A stretch of DNA of 64,000 nt from Octopus sinensis (Eukaryota): NCBI RefSeq assembly GCF_006345805.1, contig NC_043006.1, forward strand, positions 92,256,001 to 92,320,000, read 5' to 3'. Shown in pieces: positions 1-13,999 of this stretch (position 1 is its first letter; the number at the start of each line of letters is the position of its first letter). The position numbers and the translations under genes are program-made. Below the pieces are notes generated by a model. It saw only the letters and a program-made list of their open reading frames with translations. It did not search any database and had not been told where the DNA came from.

Positions 1-17
1 ACACACACACACACATG

Positions 18-662
18 GATGAAACCATTGCCCATATCACGAAAAAATGTCCTAGACTTGTCCCAAACCACTACAAGTTGTGGCGACACGATCAGGTAAC
101 GAAAGTGCTACATTGGAAACTGCGAAAAGTGCGGGTTAAAGAGAGGCAAGACATGGTATGAGCACAAACAGCAGAGAGTGGCGGACTGGGAAACTAGCAA
201 AATCCTCTGGGTCTCCCAAAACCAAACAGATCAAGTACTAGAGTATAACAGACCGGACCTAGTAATGGTCAACAAGACGCACCACAGGTGCTATACAGTT
301 GACGTTGCGTGCTCCTTTGACCCACGAACAATCAAGAAGGAAGGCGAAAAAATACATAAATATAACACTCTTAAGTATGAAATAGCCCGGCTATGGAAAT
401 GAAGAAGGTGAAGATAGTACCAATAATTGTTATGTCCTTGGAAACAGTATCACAAGTCATCAAGAGGAATATAAAGGAAATTGGACTAGTGTGCCATGTA
501 GAACTGTTAGAAAAGATGTGCCTCCTTGACGCGTCCAGAATAACTAGGCAAGTATTAGATAGTTAAAAAGAACGGATAACATAGTACCGTGGGCTGCAGG
601 TAGCAAGCATGCAAGAATCCAAGTGTGGCAACAAAACCTGTGATAAAGAGAAATAATAATAA
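18..662 (+). mobile_element. R4/Dong-like non-LTR retrotransposon 3' fragment (restriction-like endonuclease), decayed
   Basis: Translation gives ETIAHI..C, WRHDQV..LHW, WYEH, NRPDLV, VDVAC, EK..KY..L..EI..LW and VPII. It ends in a short AAT run at about 652-662. Confidence 0.8.
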
Positions 663-779
663 TTATCAATTCAACTGCGAGCACAATGCTTGGAAAACTT
701 TTGGGGGAACCGGGCTAGTCGATCACATCGACTGCAGTGCGTAATTGGTACTTATTTCATCGATCCCGAAAGGACCAGT

Positions 780-1794
<1,015 letters not shown>

Positions 1795-1797
<3 letters not shown>

Positions 1798-2010
1798 AGT
1801 TTTCTGTACTATAGGCGCAAGGCCTGAAATTTGGGGAGTGGGTAGACGATTTTATCAACCTCAGTTGTAGACTGGTATTTAGTTGAGCGAACCTTGAAGG
1901 ATGAAAGGCAAGGTTGATTTTGTCAGGATTTGAACACAAAAATAAAGAACCTGAACAGACACTACAAGGATGTGTTTTCCTCTAATTATTCTACTAACTC
2001 TGCTGCTCTA
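1795..2010 (-). mobile_element. tRNA-derived SINE, family A, diverged copy
   Basis: GAAGGATGAAAGGCAAGGTTGA...GATTTGAAC matches the better copies at 13384-13620 and 58355-58545. Confidence 0.65.
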
Positions 2011-2759
2011 TCAGTTTCTTCTACATGCCATATACGTCTGGAAGACTTGTTCGGAAGAGGATAGGCAAGAAAACCTGTCATTTATAATTCATCGAAGCTT
2101 GATTGAAAAAAAGGAATTTACAATACGATAGAAATGGAATACAGACCTTAAAGTAATGTATCTAAATATAACAATTTTGTTCGACGCTCCATCGGATTTG
2201 TGAAACATAACACAAATGTCGAAAGATATTATCACTTTAATATAAGAGAAAAAAACATTTTTTATTGTAAACTATTGCGCCATTTGGCACATGCAAGCTA
2301 TGTCAGACTTCTTTTATCGATATTTAAAATCTTCGTCATTTCGATATCCAGTATAACTAACATCAAAAACGTGTAACTCTGTATGCAACGCATACTTCTT
2401 ATACTCTCTACATGCATACAGATCTCAGAGAAATATTTTAGGAAAGTAATTTAATTATTGCATTCTCTGACAGTATTTCATTTCACTCTGTGAACAACAA
2501 ATTGTTCGAAATATGTTCTTCCACCAACATACGTTCCAAAAATAAATTCTAATTTAGTCGCTTCTTATTTTCTAATAGATCTAAATGATATAGGTATATG
2601 ACTTTCCATATCAGTGACATATGCTCAAGTAAATATATTTTTCAAATACCTCTAGCGAGTTCAAATATATTTGTAGTTTTCATACAGCTCAGAAATTTTG
2701 AAGCACTCGTGTATCTGCCGAATGATCTCTGTGTATCTGTCTCTCTCTTTCAATATATA

Positions 2760-3400
2760 TCCACTAACAACAAAGCTAAAAGTGACAAAATGTGGTCGTC
2801 CTAACTGTGGAACATGCCCCCACCTTTTGGAGGGTTCAGAATTTCACTTCAAACAAGGAGAAATATTTAAGATCAAATCAAATTTCACCTGCACCTCGGA
2901 AAATCTAATCTATGCCATGACATGCTTAGGATGTGGTAATCGTTATATTGGACAAACAGGAATTTCACTCCGTCCAAGAACCACCATTCACAAAGAGCAA
3001 ATCCGCCACCCACAATACAGACAGTTACAGGTTAGTGAACACATAGAAAGGTGTGCCAGGAATCTTAAGCCTAATTTCCAAATCTTCCCTTTCTATCAAT
3101 GTTCACAGAACACCACAATGCAATAAAGGTTGAATAAAGAGGCATTTTTCATCAATAAATATCTCCCCCAACTAAATATGAACACAACTTAATACAGAAC
3201 ACCACTAACCCTTCAATTAAAACCACTAACCCCTATACACTCCCTACACAATTCACATTACAATTCTATATCTAAATCCAGAACTACTTACCTCCCTTAC
3301 AAATAATCTTTTCTCTCAGAAACTATTAGACTCGACACCGTTTATTAGCCGGTGTTTATTCAAAGTAATGAATAGATTTGACGAAACAATCGTATGTTTT
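2760..3400 (+). mobile_element. Penelope-like element fragment: GIY-YIG endonuclease and 3' UTR
   Basis: KCGRPNCGTC...FTCTSENLIYAMTCLGCGNRYIGQTG..LR.R...H, similar to the endonuclease at 16540-16940. A GAAACAATCGTA HHR-like remnant lies at about 3383-3394. Confidence 0.85.
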
Positions 3401-3606
3401 GCTTTCTGACTTTTTAATCATCTCATAATAATGACTTCTATGACTTTTATTACTTCCTCAGTCCATCTAAATGTATATATTTGTCGTTACCTATCATAAA
3501 AAGCCTTTTCTTTTTTTATTTACAATGTGCATTTTCGTTGATTTTTCTTATTTTCCCCTTACATTTCCACGTGTATTTTATATTTTCTTTTTGTAACATA
3601 TTTCTG

Positions 3607-3639
<33 letters not shown>

Positions 3640-3750
3640 GATGAATATGGTACTTAAGTTGAGGCACCAAAATTTAGCACAGTATTATCCATACAATTTC
3701 AAAGTAAGGTGATTAAAATCAAAATAGGCAACAAGGATATCCAGAAGCAG

Positions 3751-3835
3751 TGCAGTACAATCGTTTCATGCAACTCTATTTAATTGAACAATGCAATCAT
3801 TACATCCATTTAAAATGTAGGGCAATCTTCAGCTC
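3751..3835 (-). ncRNA. Hammerhead ribozyme, degenerate inverted copy
   Basis: Minus strand reads CTGAAGA-TTGC...GCAT-GAAACGATTGTA-CTGC. Confidence 0.55.
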
Positions 3836-4755
3836 TACATTAGTAATAGTAGTAATTAAGCCATTTTATTTTATTTTCCATGGTGTTTTGCTCTACTTGA
3901 TTATTTTATTTCTTTATTAGAAAATTAATCTAATTTTTGCTTCTCTATAAATTCATATTTAGCTTTTATAAAACTATACTGGTAGATTCTCTACTGAAAA
4001 AATACTGCTTAGATAAAATGTTTATTAATATATAATTGACATGTTCCATTTACCCAAAATTCCTTTATTAATACCAGTATATAACAATTAATCAATATTC
4101 ACAGATACCTTCTGATGAGCTGGTATTTAAGTATACAATATCTATAAATTAAACTATTTCTGGATGACTTCTTTTCCTCCCTCTATTGTGGTAAAAGGTT
4201 TGGTATATACTCAAAAGTATTCATAAATTTCCATCCTTTTCTTATAATATTCTTCATAATTTCCTTGATTACCCTAAACTTTAACTGTATACATAGCAAC
4301 TTTGTTTAATATATTTAACTATAGTACCATATGATAAGACTTCCCCTGTTTCATTATCAATAGTCTGCTACTGAGCGCCCCCTTAATTATCAGCTAACAT
4401 CTTGTTTTAAGTTTTCCCTTATTAAACCTCATGATTATTACTCACAATAGATCTTGATTTTTTTATGACTATACCAACTATAATGTTTGTTTACTGCACT
4501 CAGCCCTACCCATAACAGATACTGCCCTCTCTTCTCTTAGCTTTTGATATACAAGGGATTTGATAAACTAGTCTATAAATTAAAACTGACCCTATAAAGA
4601 CAAAAAATCATTCGGAAGCAGAGTCTCCTTGATAAATTTTAGTAACTTCTCTGCTGAAGTAGGGACAACATGTTCATCATCTAGCTCCTTAACTTCTTGG
4701 AGATTTTGCTAATGTGTCCATCTGTTTTAATTTAAATTAAATTATATGTCTTTGT

Positions 4756-4840
4756 GCAGCTGAAGATTGCTCTACATTTTAGATGGACGAAATTGTTGCA
4801 TTGTTCAATTAAATGGAGTTGCATGAAACGATCGTACTGC
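4756..4840 (+). ncRNA. Type I hammerhead ribozyme with long stem II
   Basis: GCAG-CTGAAGA-TTGC...GCAT-GAAAC-GATC-GTA-CTGC. Stem I is GCAG/CTGC, stem III is the palindrome ACGATCGT, and the cleavage triplet is GUA. Confidence 0.75.
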
Positions 4841-4898
4841 CTTACTTCTGGATATCCTTGTTGATCTTTTTGATAAATATATATATGTATATATATAT

Positions 4899-4968
<70 letters not shown>

Positions 4969-7156
4969 TTACACGCAAAATATATACTTATATCTATATA
5001 TATGTAAATATATATATATGCATATGTGTATATGTATATAAGTGCGTATGTAATATATATATTAATGTATATATATATATACCCCCTACACATATATGTG
5101 TGGGTGTATGTGAATCTTTGTGTATGTGTTAGTGTTTATGAGTGTGATTGTGTGTGCGTGAAATGTGGCCATTTTGCAATTTAGAGTGCATTAAATAAAC
5201 TGGAAAACTTGTAGCTAAATATGTATTCAATATGTAAGACTTCAGCAACACATATGATATTATCGGTTTTCTACATAACTGTTGGTGTTTTTCGCCTTAT
5301 TTTCCTGGTTCCACACACCGAATATATTTATTCACGCATTATACAATTTTTAATGGAAAATAATCGATTCACATTTTCATGTGCGTGTTTGAATATACGA
5401 GCAAAATTAATCAATGAAAACGAAATTATTTTTGCCGATGGCTCAGATATTACATATTCCTTCTTGTTCCAATTAACGAACATGATAAAATCTAATACTG
5501 CCTGCAGGAATTTCCATATTAACAGTTTTCATTAGATATGTTCACCTATGATTCTATCTATTTCATATGAAACTTGTTGCTTTCATACCTTATTTTATGT
5601 CAATTTTATTTAGTAATCGTTAATTTTCTTCGCAAATCTCTCTCGATATGTCGACTACGTATATTTAATTTGGATCAAAGATCAGGAAATGTCGATAACT
5701 ATACACGTTATCAGTGTAGCTCTGTGTCTTTCTCGAATATTATAAATCTCCTCTAAATAAATATTAACAAATACTGGCTTTTTAATATAGGTTTTGCACG
5801 AATATTTGGGTAGGTAAATCAAACTAACACAAAATGTAAACGTTGAGAAGTATACACTGGAGGGAATTTAGAGAGACGGACAGGGAAATGCAAACATTAA
5901 CACATTTTAGTCAGTCTTTCGTATTAATTTTCTCACAGTACACGTGTATATCATCCGTTGGAATTAAGGTTAATTTTTACTTACTGGAATATTCGGACAG
6001 AGGAGAAACGAGCGCCGCTGAGGATTGCATATCAAGACTTGAAAAAAATTGTGATCGTTTAATTGAACAATGCTTACGAGGAGTTCATCATCATCATCAT
6101 CATCATCATCAATTATCATCAATTATCCTCCTCCTTCTCCCCCTCATCATCATCATCAACAACAACAACAACAACAACAACAACGACAACGAAAGACAAT
6201 TAGTAGAGTTGCAGCGGCAACAAACCGTCAGCCTGTTCGTTATTCCTGAGACAATGTCTTATCATTCAAAGGTAATTTCACGTGAGGCAGTTGTTGTTTA
6301 CGTACACGATATTCTGGGCCAGTGCCTGGAGTAAACTATGCCTTTATGTCCAAAACCATATACCCGAAGATATACCTAAACACATGCAAATCGCACACGC
6401 ACAAGCACGCCCTCATAAATACAAGCACATACACGTACAAATATATACATACACTCATACATACACATATGCATACATACATATATACATATATGCATAC
6501 ATGAATGCATAAATACAGACAAGCATACATGCAAACATACATGCATATACACTTACATAATACATACACACATACATACACGCAGAAACACATACAGACA
6601 CACACAAACATTCAGTCGTGTATATGGATGTACGCATTGCTTTCGAAGCTACTCACCTGAAGACGAGCAGTTCTGTTGCTAGTGACGGTTCATATTCATG
6701 TAAAATTGCGTATAATATGCGAAACACTCTGCAATTAACAGCTGATGCTAAATCACAGGAACAGCTATATTGAATTGAATCATTCCATCTTTCAGTATTA
6801 AAATTATTTTCATTCTCTCTCTCTCCCTATAGATATGTGTGTATGTGTGTGTGTGTATGTGTGTGTATGTGTGTGCTTGTGTGTGGGTGTGTACGTGTGT
6901 GTGTGTGTATTACTATACAATTTACAAACGAGGACACTAGAACAAGGGAAATCATGTTTGTTCACGTGTCTTCTCTCGTTTCAACGAGAACATTGAGATT
7001 ACTTGTACACACAAGCATGTTATTAAAACTAAACTTGCCTAGACTACATCTCCAGAGCATGAAACTATTAGCTGCTCGTGACTGTATGCTGTGTACATTA
7101 AATAACATTTATCTCGTCATGAAGTACATTTTTCTTGATATTACCTGAGCAGGGAC

Positions 7157-7223
<67 letters not shown>

Positions 7224-7967
7224 GTGTGTGTGAGAGTATGCATATATGTGTGTATATATGTGTATGTATATATATATATATAAATATATATAAATATATA
7301 TATAAATATTCATATACATATTCATATATTCACACACACACATATTTATATGTATACATATATACGCAAACAAAAATACCTATTAACACGTGCGCGTACT
7401 TATACACATAAAATATATGTATGGGAAATTATGCTTTGTGAAAACACATACTGCACCGCATGGTAGTTTTCAAAGTATTATAAGATGTGACACACCTTGC
7501 AGCCTGAATTGTTGGATAAGATGATTTAAAGTCAACACATTAAGGCGGCAAAATACGTTTATGAACGAAATACTCATGAGACATTTTCTAATGGCCTTTG
7601 TGCACATCACAGCTAGGACGAGAAATTCCATTCGTGTAGGTGTAATAAAATAACATTGAACCAAATATTCTTGAGTGCATATAAACTAGAATATATTAAG
7701 GTAATTTTGGCGTAAATCTCAGAACTACTAAAAGCATTATTGGTATCTATAAAAACATGACTGTTATTAATAGTATTCAATAGAATTGCCTACTGTGTTG
7801 CTTCTGAAACACATCAAACAACTGTTTCTGTATTGAATGGATTGCTTCTATTCCTATCAAATACATTCGTTGTTTGCTACGAACAATTTATGCTTCCTTA
7901 TAGGTCAACAAGTATCCACACATTCACACAGAGCACGTCTGCAAAATGTATACAGTAGTGTGTGTGT

Positions 7968-8000
<33 letters not shown>

Positions 8001-8155
8001 CGTATATAGATTCATATATATATATATATGTATGTATATACGTATGTACACATATACACATAGACATACACACACACACACTTATATAGACATATATATA
8101 TATGTATGTATATATATATGTATATATATATATATAATATATATATATATATATA

Positions 8156-8187
<32 letters not shown>

Positions 8188-8282
8188 TATATATATATAT
8201 ATATATACATACAATTGATTTGCAAAATAGTGGTTTTGTCTTTAATTAATATTATATACATACATACATATATCTTATATAT

Positions 8283-8374
<92 letters not shown>

Positions 8375-8714
8375 GTATATTATATGAATGATATCAGAAT
8401 CCTGTTTTAGAACATTCGTAGCATAACGTATAATTCGTGATAGATTTAATTATAATGAATTTCATCATACCATAGACAGTACAAGGCTTTCCGACGATGA
8501 CTGCTTATATGGCACAGTATCATAAATTAATCTAATTAATCAGAGATTAATTTAATTAATCGAAAATTAAGTGATATCTTCTACTCGTTTCTGTTCTCTG
8601 TTAATGAAGTCCTGCTCCAAATATCTGTTATGTTTCCTAGTGTTTATTTTCCCCACATCCTTGTTGCTGGATCGGGTCTATTCTAATTTCTCGTATCATT
8701 AGAAACTTGTGCGT

Positions 8715-9095
8715 TGGATATGTGACAGTTTGCTCTATGCCAGAACGGGACGACACTGCATAGTGCTAAAGATCCCAGCAATGCCATCACGCTTCAGGAC
8801 AAGTTATTGCAACAGCCTGGGTTTTAAGGGCACACAGCTTTTTGATATTCTCCCAAAGAGTCTGAGGAACTTGCACAAAGTAGATGTAGGGATTTTAAAA
8901 TCAAAGCTGGACCTCTTCCTGTCGAGTGTCCCAGATGAACCTACCTCACGGCAAGAGGTGCAAATGAGGGTAGCTATATCAAACTCCATGCTTCACCATG
9001 TGCCACACATTAGAGGAGGCTCTTAGCAATAACAGTGCAGCAAAACGATGGTGCATCAGTATGGCCACAGCTCTGAGCTGAAACTTAAGAAAAAA
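8715..9095 (+). mobile_element. CR1/L2-group LINE ORF2 C-terminus and 3' tail
   Basis: RTGRHC...NSL..KG..LF..LP..LR....(F)KSKLD.FL..VPDEP C-terminal signature, then a short tail and A-run. Confidence 0.7.
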
Positions 9096-9435
9096 ATGTC
9101 AAAACCAACGGAAATTTAGTTGTCTGGATATCTATTTCTTGCTAAGTAGTTAGGCTTTCTCGAATGTTAGGGTGAATATGATGTCTTTCCAAGTGAATTT
9201 ATACATTTAGCTGAAGCGTTTCATGGATGAATTCAATATTTTTCACTAGTTTTCAGTTTAAAGTTCTCGCCTCTATAAACTTGGTCAATACCACTATTCT
9301 TCGGTTGAAAAACTTCACCTCAGCCAGCATTGTGCTTGCTAGTTCATAATCCCTTTCTGAAAGTTCTGGATGATGAATGGGTCTTCGTCATAATTCGAAT
9401 CTATTTTGTAAATAAACCAGCTACGTCCAGATATA

Positions 9436-9604
9436 TTTGTTTCTTTATTACCCACAAGGGCTAAACATAGAGGGGACAAACAAGGGCAGACAAACGGATT
9501 AAGTCGATTACATCGACCTCAGTGCGTAACTGGTACTTAATTTATCGACCCCGAAAGGATGAAAGGCAAAGTCGACCTCGGCGGAATTCGACTTTGCCTT
9601 TCAT
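9436..9604 (-). mobile_element. SINE family A, truncated, with terminal inversion
   Basis: CGACCCCGAAAGGATGAAAGGCAAAGTCGACCTCGGCGGAAT core. Confidence 0.8.
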
Positions 9605-10812
9605 ATATTAAGTGACACACTTTTTCTAGGTCATGTATCTCTCTAATGATGGGATCAGTTAAGGACTTCGTTCATTAAGAAATCCAGGCTGTCCCCCGAA
9701 ACTACATATCTTCTGCACATTGAGAGACAAATCAAAACCATAAGACAATGATTTTCTCTGTAAGATATATATTGCTTTAGTCTAGCCATAGATATTCGAA
9801 TGTCTTCTATATAACGGTAAACAATTCCATTATAGGAAAACCAATATTAGTGGTGATATCTTATATGCTTTATAAGTTATCTCAATATTTAAGAATTAAT
9901 GCAAAACAATGTTTTAGTTTTTCTAGATTAGCATATGTTTCATTAATTTAAGGACATTAAACTTTTCCTTTCTTGCTATTCAAATGAAATTATCATACAT
10001 TCATTTTCATTTTAAATATCAATTATGAATATATAAATGATAATTTTCTCCCGGGGCGCTGGACGCCGTCAATTGCTTGATGTATTAATGAGATATGATC
10101 TATTTTTGAAATTGTATGCAAACCATATTGATCAATGTGTTCTTGACATGATTTTAATTCTCCAACAACTTGATTATGGATATACCTCCCTTATCTTTCT
10201 TTCTTGAATGCGTTTCCATATATTTCACAATGCTATGGTTGTATTGATCGACCTATATATTTTGCCAAAAGCTGTCTTACTTTGGGCTTTTTACTCACTG
10301 TACATTCTTGATATCCACTTTCAATATTTCGCTTCCATCGCTGGCAAAGGGATGATATTGCTTTGCTAAGAGAACACAGAATAATTATGGTATCGGTTAT
10401 TAATTAAAGCAGCAAATACTTAAACGCATACACAAATATGAAAACACCGTTAAGATGGACAAAAACAAATAAACCTAAAATATGAGGCCACGAAGTGGCT
10501 CTGTAATCAAATTAGATGTCATTAACTTCAAATCGGATGTCATGGGATAAACACCTACTGGGGAAAATTCTGGCACAGTTCTTGCTTTGATTTCTTCGAA
10601 TCTGACAAGGGATACTCGTCTATTGATTGAATCGATTGTCTGAAATATTACAACAGATCGATATTAAACACGATTCTTTTGTAGTTGCGAATCAATAATT
10701 ATAAAAGTTCTTTGTGGAATCAATAGAACGACGATGGTTTTCCGTTTTTATTTAATATTTTGATTTCTTCTGCGTGGATCCATAAACAGTCTGTGTTTCT
10801 TTCCTTGAATTA

Positions 10813-10815
<3 letters not shown>

Positions 10816-10875
<60 letters not shown>
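10816..10875. repeat. (GT)n microsatellite
   Basis: Direct reading. Confidence 0.98.
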
Positions 10876-10877
<2 letters not shown>

Positions 10878-11109
10878 AACAGTAAATCAATAACGGATAT
10901 TAATAGACATTTGTCCACATAGCAAGAAAAGCATTCATATTATGGGTTTCACAAGTGAACTAGCTTTTAACTTCAAAAATAATCAAGGCACTACCTTTTC
11001 TTTTATATAATAATTTACTTTCCTTTATGTTATAACTATAGATACTATTATTATTATTATTATTATATTATTATTATATTATTATTATTATTATTATTAT
11101 TATTGTCAT

Positions 11110-11522
11110 CATTACTTTTCTCTCTGGCGAATTTCTGATCAACCTTTTCAGGCTCCTCTTGAAGAGGTGGATAAAAGTGGAGAGGGAGGTGCTCCGCTCA
11201 AGCAAATTTATGGAAAGGTGGACGGGAGAGGCGAGCATTGTTCTTGTGAACGGAGCTGCTCTGAGCATGCGATTCTAAGTGGAGTAAAAGGGAGAGAAAA
11301 CACTTGCCTATGTGTTCAGGGTAACCGTAATTGTCTGTGGGGTCTGCGTGGTTTAACCTTCCCCCACACCTATTGGGTAATTGTATTTGCTTAATTTTAT
11401 TGTTAATCTTTGTTATTGTTTTATATGTTTACTCCGTAAACCCCTCCCTTTGTGACCGTTTGTACCTTTCTATTTGCGTTCTTGTATGTTCTAAGTAGGC
11501 CCATGTTGCCAATAACGAAAAC
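11110..11522 (+). mobile_element. Tx1/L1-like LINE 3' end between (ATT)n tracts
   Basis: One frame reads LINLFRLLLKRWIKVEREVL....F.ERW, resembling a Tx1-type ORF2 C-terminus. A T-rich 3' UTR follows. Confidence 0.5.
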
Positions 11523-11555
11523 ATTATTATTATTATTATTATTATTATCATTATT

Positions 11556-12108
11556 GTGTGACAGAGCAGTGCATGCCATCGAAGTGACATTGGGGTAAAA
11601 TATACGAAGCCTAGTATACCCATCATGACTACACGTCTGATAAGGGTACACTAGGCACATGCATCACAACCATATGTGCGCGACATGGTAATCCCACATC
11701 AAGATAAACAGCGTATGACATTGAGGGGGGGGGGCAGTTAGAATTTTCCTCTTGTCGAGTAGCCCATCCAGCTCAAAAGGTCCCTGAATAAGGGTTGTTT
11801 AAGGATGTTGAACGAAACATCCATGTTTCCAGAAGTGAATTTTTCAAGCCCCAAAGAATCCCTCTCAAGACATGGCTATGATGCTCCCCACTATTTCTGC
11901 TTGTGATCAGAGATGCGCATATTGTCAGCCACTAAGGGACATGGTCAACTGGTTATGGTCAAACAACTGACAAGCAAATCTGTGGTATTGAGCAGAATAT
12001 TTGCTGTAGCCCATCTTTTATACCAAGACAAAACAATGTACATGATAACACTTCCAATCAGTTATGATCAGAAGCCACGAGAGCCACTGCCTGGTACTGC
12101 ATCAGGGC

Positions 12109-12110
<2 letters not shown>
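11556..12110. mobile_element. Interspersed repeat between (ATT)n tracts, possibly derived from a REL-type LINE
   Basis: Complex-sequence block inside a TAT microsatellite. Any REL-like translation is weak. Confidence 0.35.
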
Positions 12111-12164
<54 letters not shown>

Positions 12165-12317
12165 TATTATTATTATCATTATTATTATTGTGGCCGACGT
12201 TGCCACTCGTAGCAGAGTCGATAAAATAAGTACCAGTTGAATCCTAGGATCGATGTAATTGTCTCATCACCTCGCCGAAAATTGTCACCTTCGTGGCAAA
12301 ATATGAAGATATTATTA

Positions 12318-12403
<86 letters not shown>

Positions 12404-12596
12404 GTTGTTGTTGTTGTTGTTTTTGTTGCTTTTGCTATATACGGGTGGTGCAGTGGCAAATTGCTAGAATGGATGCAGAATGCTTTGCAATATGTCGCTA
12501 AAACACAAAACCAGTTGAGGACTAAGGTCGATGATTTCGCTTAGTCCTTACTATCAATAATTCAAGCGCTTTTCGGATATGAAAGGAAAGGACAAG

Positions 12597-12890
12597 TCTT
12601 CTTCTTCTTCTTCTTCTTCTTCTTCTTCTTCTTCACCTCCTCTTCCACCTCCTTATCCTCCTTCTCCTCCTTCTCCTCCTCCTTCTCCTTCTTCTTCTTC
12701 TTCTTCTTCTCCTCCTCCTTCTTCTTCTTCTTCTTCTTCTCATTCTTCTTCTTCTCTTCCTCCTCCTTCTTCTTTTTCTTCTACTTCTTCTTCTTCTTCA
12801 CCTCCCCTTCCACCTCCTTCTCCTCCTCCTCTTCCTCCTCCTCCTCCTCTTCCTCCTCCTCCTCCTTCTTCTTCTTCTTCGTCTTCTTCT
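12597..12890. repeat. (TCT)/(CCT)n polypyrimidine microsatellite
   Basis: Direct reading; source of the Ser/Pro ORF. Confidence 0.95.
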
Positions 12891-13150
12891 TGTGTTGTGT
12901 TGTTGAGCAAGACACTTTATTTCACGTCGCCCCAGTTCACTCAGCTGTTGAAATGAGTTGCAACGTCACAGGTGCCAAGCTGTATCGGTCTTTGCTTTTC
13001 CCTTGGATAACATCGGTGGCGTAGAGAGGGCTGGTATGCATGAGCTTCTGCTGCTCTTTATAAACAACCTTGCCATAACTTGTGCTTCGGAGGAGAACTT
13101 TCTAGGCGCAAACCTATGATCATAAATGACCGAAGGGGGTCGTTCCCCTT
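12890..13150 (+). mobile_element. SINE body, 5'-truncated
   Basis: GTGTTGTTGAGCAAGACACTTTATTTCACG core, shared with about 44200-44235. Confidence 0.6.
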
Positions 13151-13383
13151 TACATGATTATTATTACAAATACCATTCACGGCCAATAACAGTCTTCTAA
13201 TGGACTGCCAGGCATTAGCTCGCATGTGAGAAAGTTATAACAGCTGCAACTGATTTTGCCTAGCAAATGGTTCTGGTATTGGGTCAATGACAAGTCTGAT
13301 AGCCGGCTTTTGACCATTCCTGTAGACGCGTTCGAGAATGCCTTGCAAAAACTAGTTTATATGAAAGCTTTGAATTAACAAGA

Positions 13384-13620
13384 TATTTATTTCTTTATTG
13401 CCTACAAGGGGCTAAACATAGAGAAGACAAACAGGGACAGACAAAGAGAATAAGTCGTTTAGATCGACCCCAGTGCGTAACAGGTACTTTTTTAATCGAC
13501 CCCGAAAGGATGAAAGGCAAAGTCGACCTCAGCGGAATTTGAACTCAGAACGCAACGGCAGACGAAATATCGCTAAGCATTTCGCCCGGCGTGCTAACCT
13601 CTCTGCCAGCTCGCCGCCTT
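13384..13620 (-). mobile_element. tRNA-derived SINE family A, near full length
   Basis: Minus-strand head GGCGGCGAGCTGGCAGA (box A-like) and GAGTTCAAATTCC (box B). Confidence 0.85.
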
Positions 13621-13999
13621 CTGAATTAACAAGATATGAAATCAAAGAACATGCTGAGGTAAAAGACAACACATATTTACTTAAGGATTTCTGCGTAGTT
13701 ATTTAAGTCTGTCTTGGATGGTACGAACCGATATTGTGGAATTTATTTCTTACACAAACAACGAGACAATCCTAACTTCTCTCACCACACTTTCACGCCT
13801 TTAACAAAGAGATTTTTGATGCTTTCATGTTTTATTACAATAAATTATTTCTCTTTGCTCGCTTCTAACTATCTTTCTAGTCTCGCTGTTACATTGTGCT
13901 GCTGTTTTATGTATCACACCGTATCTTCCTTGTGTGTAAATTAGGTATATTCTATCCATATCACATTCCGGGGCTGGTGGGGGGGGGAGGCTTTAGAAA

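Larger units (their letters stand above)
3636..4870. mobile_element. Non-coding PLE-derived fold-back element with inverted HHR-bearing arms, inside (TA)n
   Basis: 3729-3836 is the reverse complement of about 4756-4863. (TA)n lies on both flanks. Confidence 0.7.
8450..10500 (-). mobile_element. Possible heavily decayed PLE (RT to GIY-YIG), interrupted by a LINE and a SINE
   Basis: Only faint motifs on the minus strand: F.YNG..Y, RRYV and GCGE...ET. Confidence 0.25.

Noticed and set aside
4112-4125. CTGATGAG as an HHR core
   Set aside because: No stem II and GAAA partner downstream.
6655-6735. CTGAAGA...GAAACAC as an HHR
   Set aside because: I could not form stem I or a convincing stem II.
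7470-7700. Faint similarity to 34930-35270
   Set aside because: Only short AT-rich word matches, which cannot be told from chance by eye.
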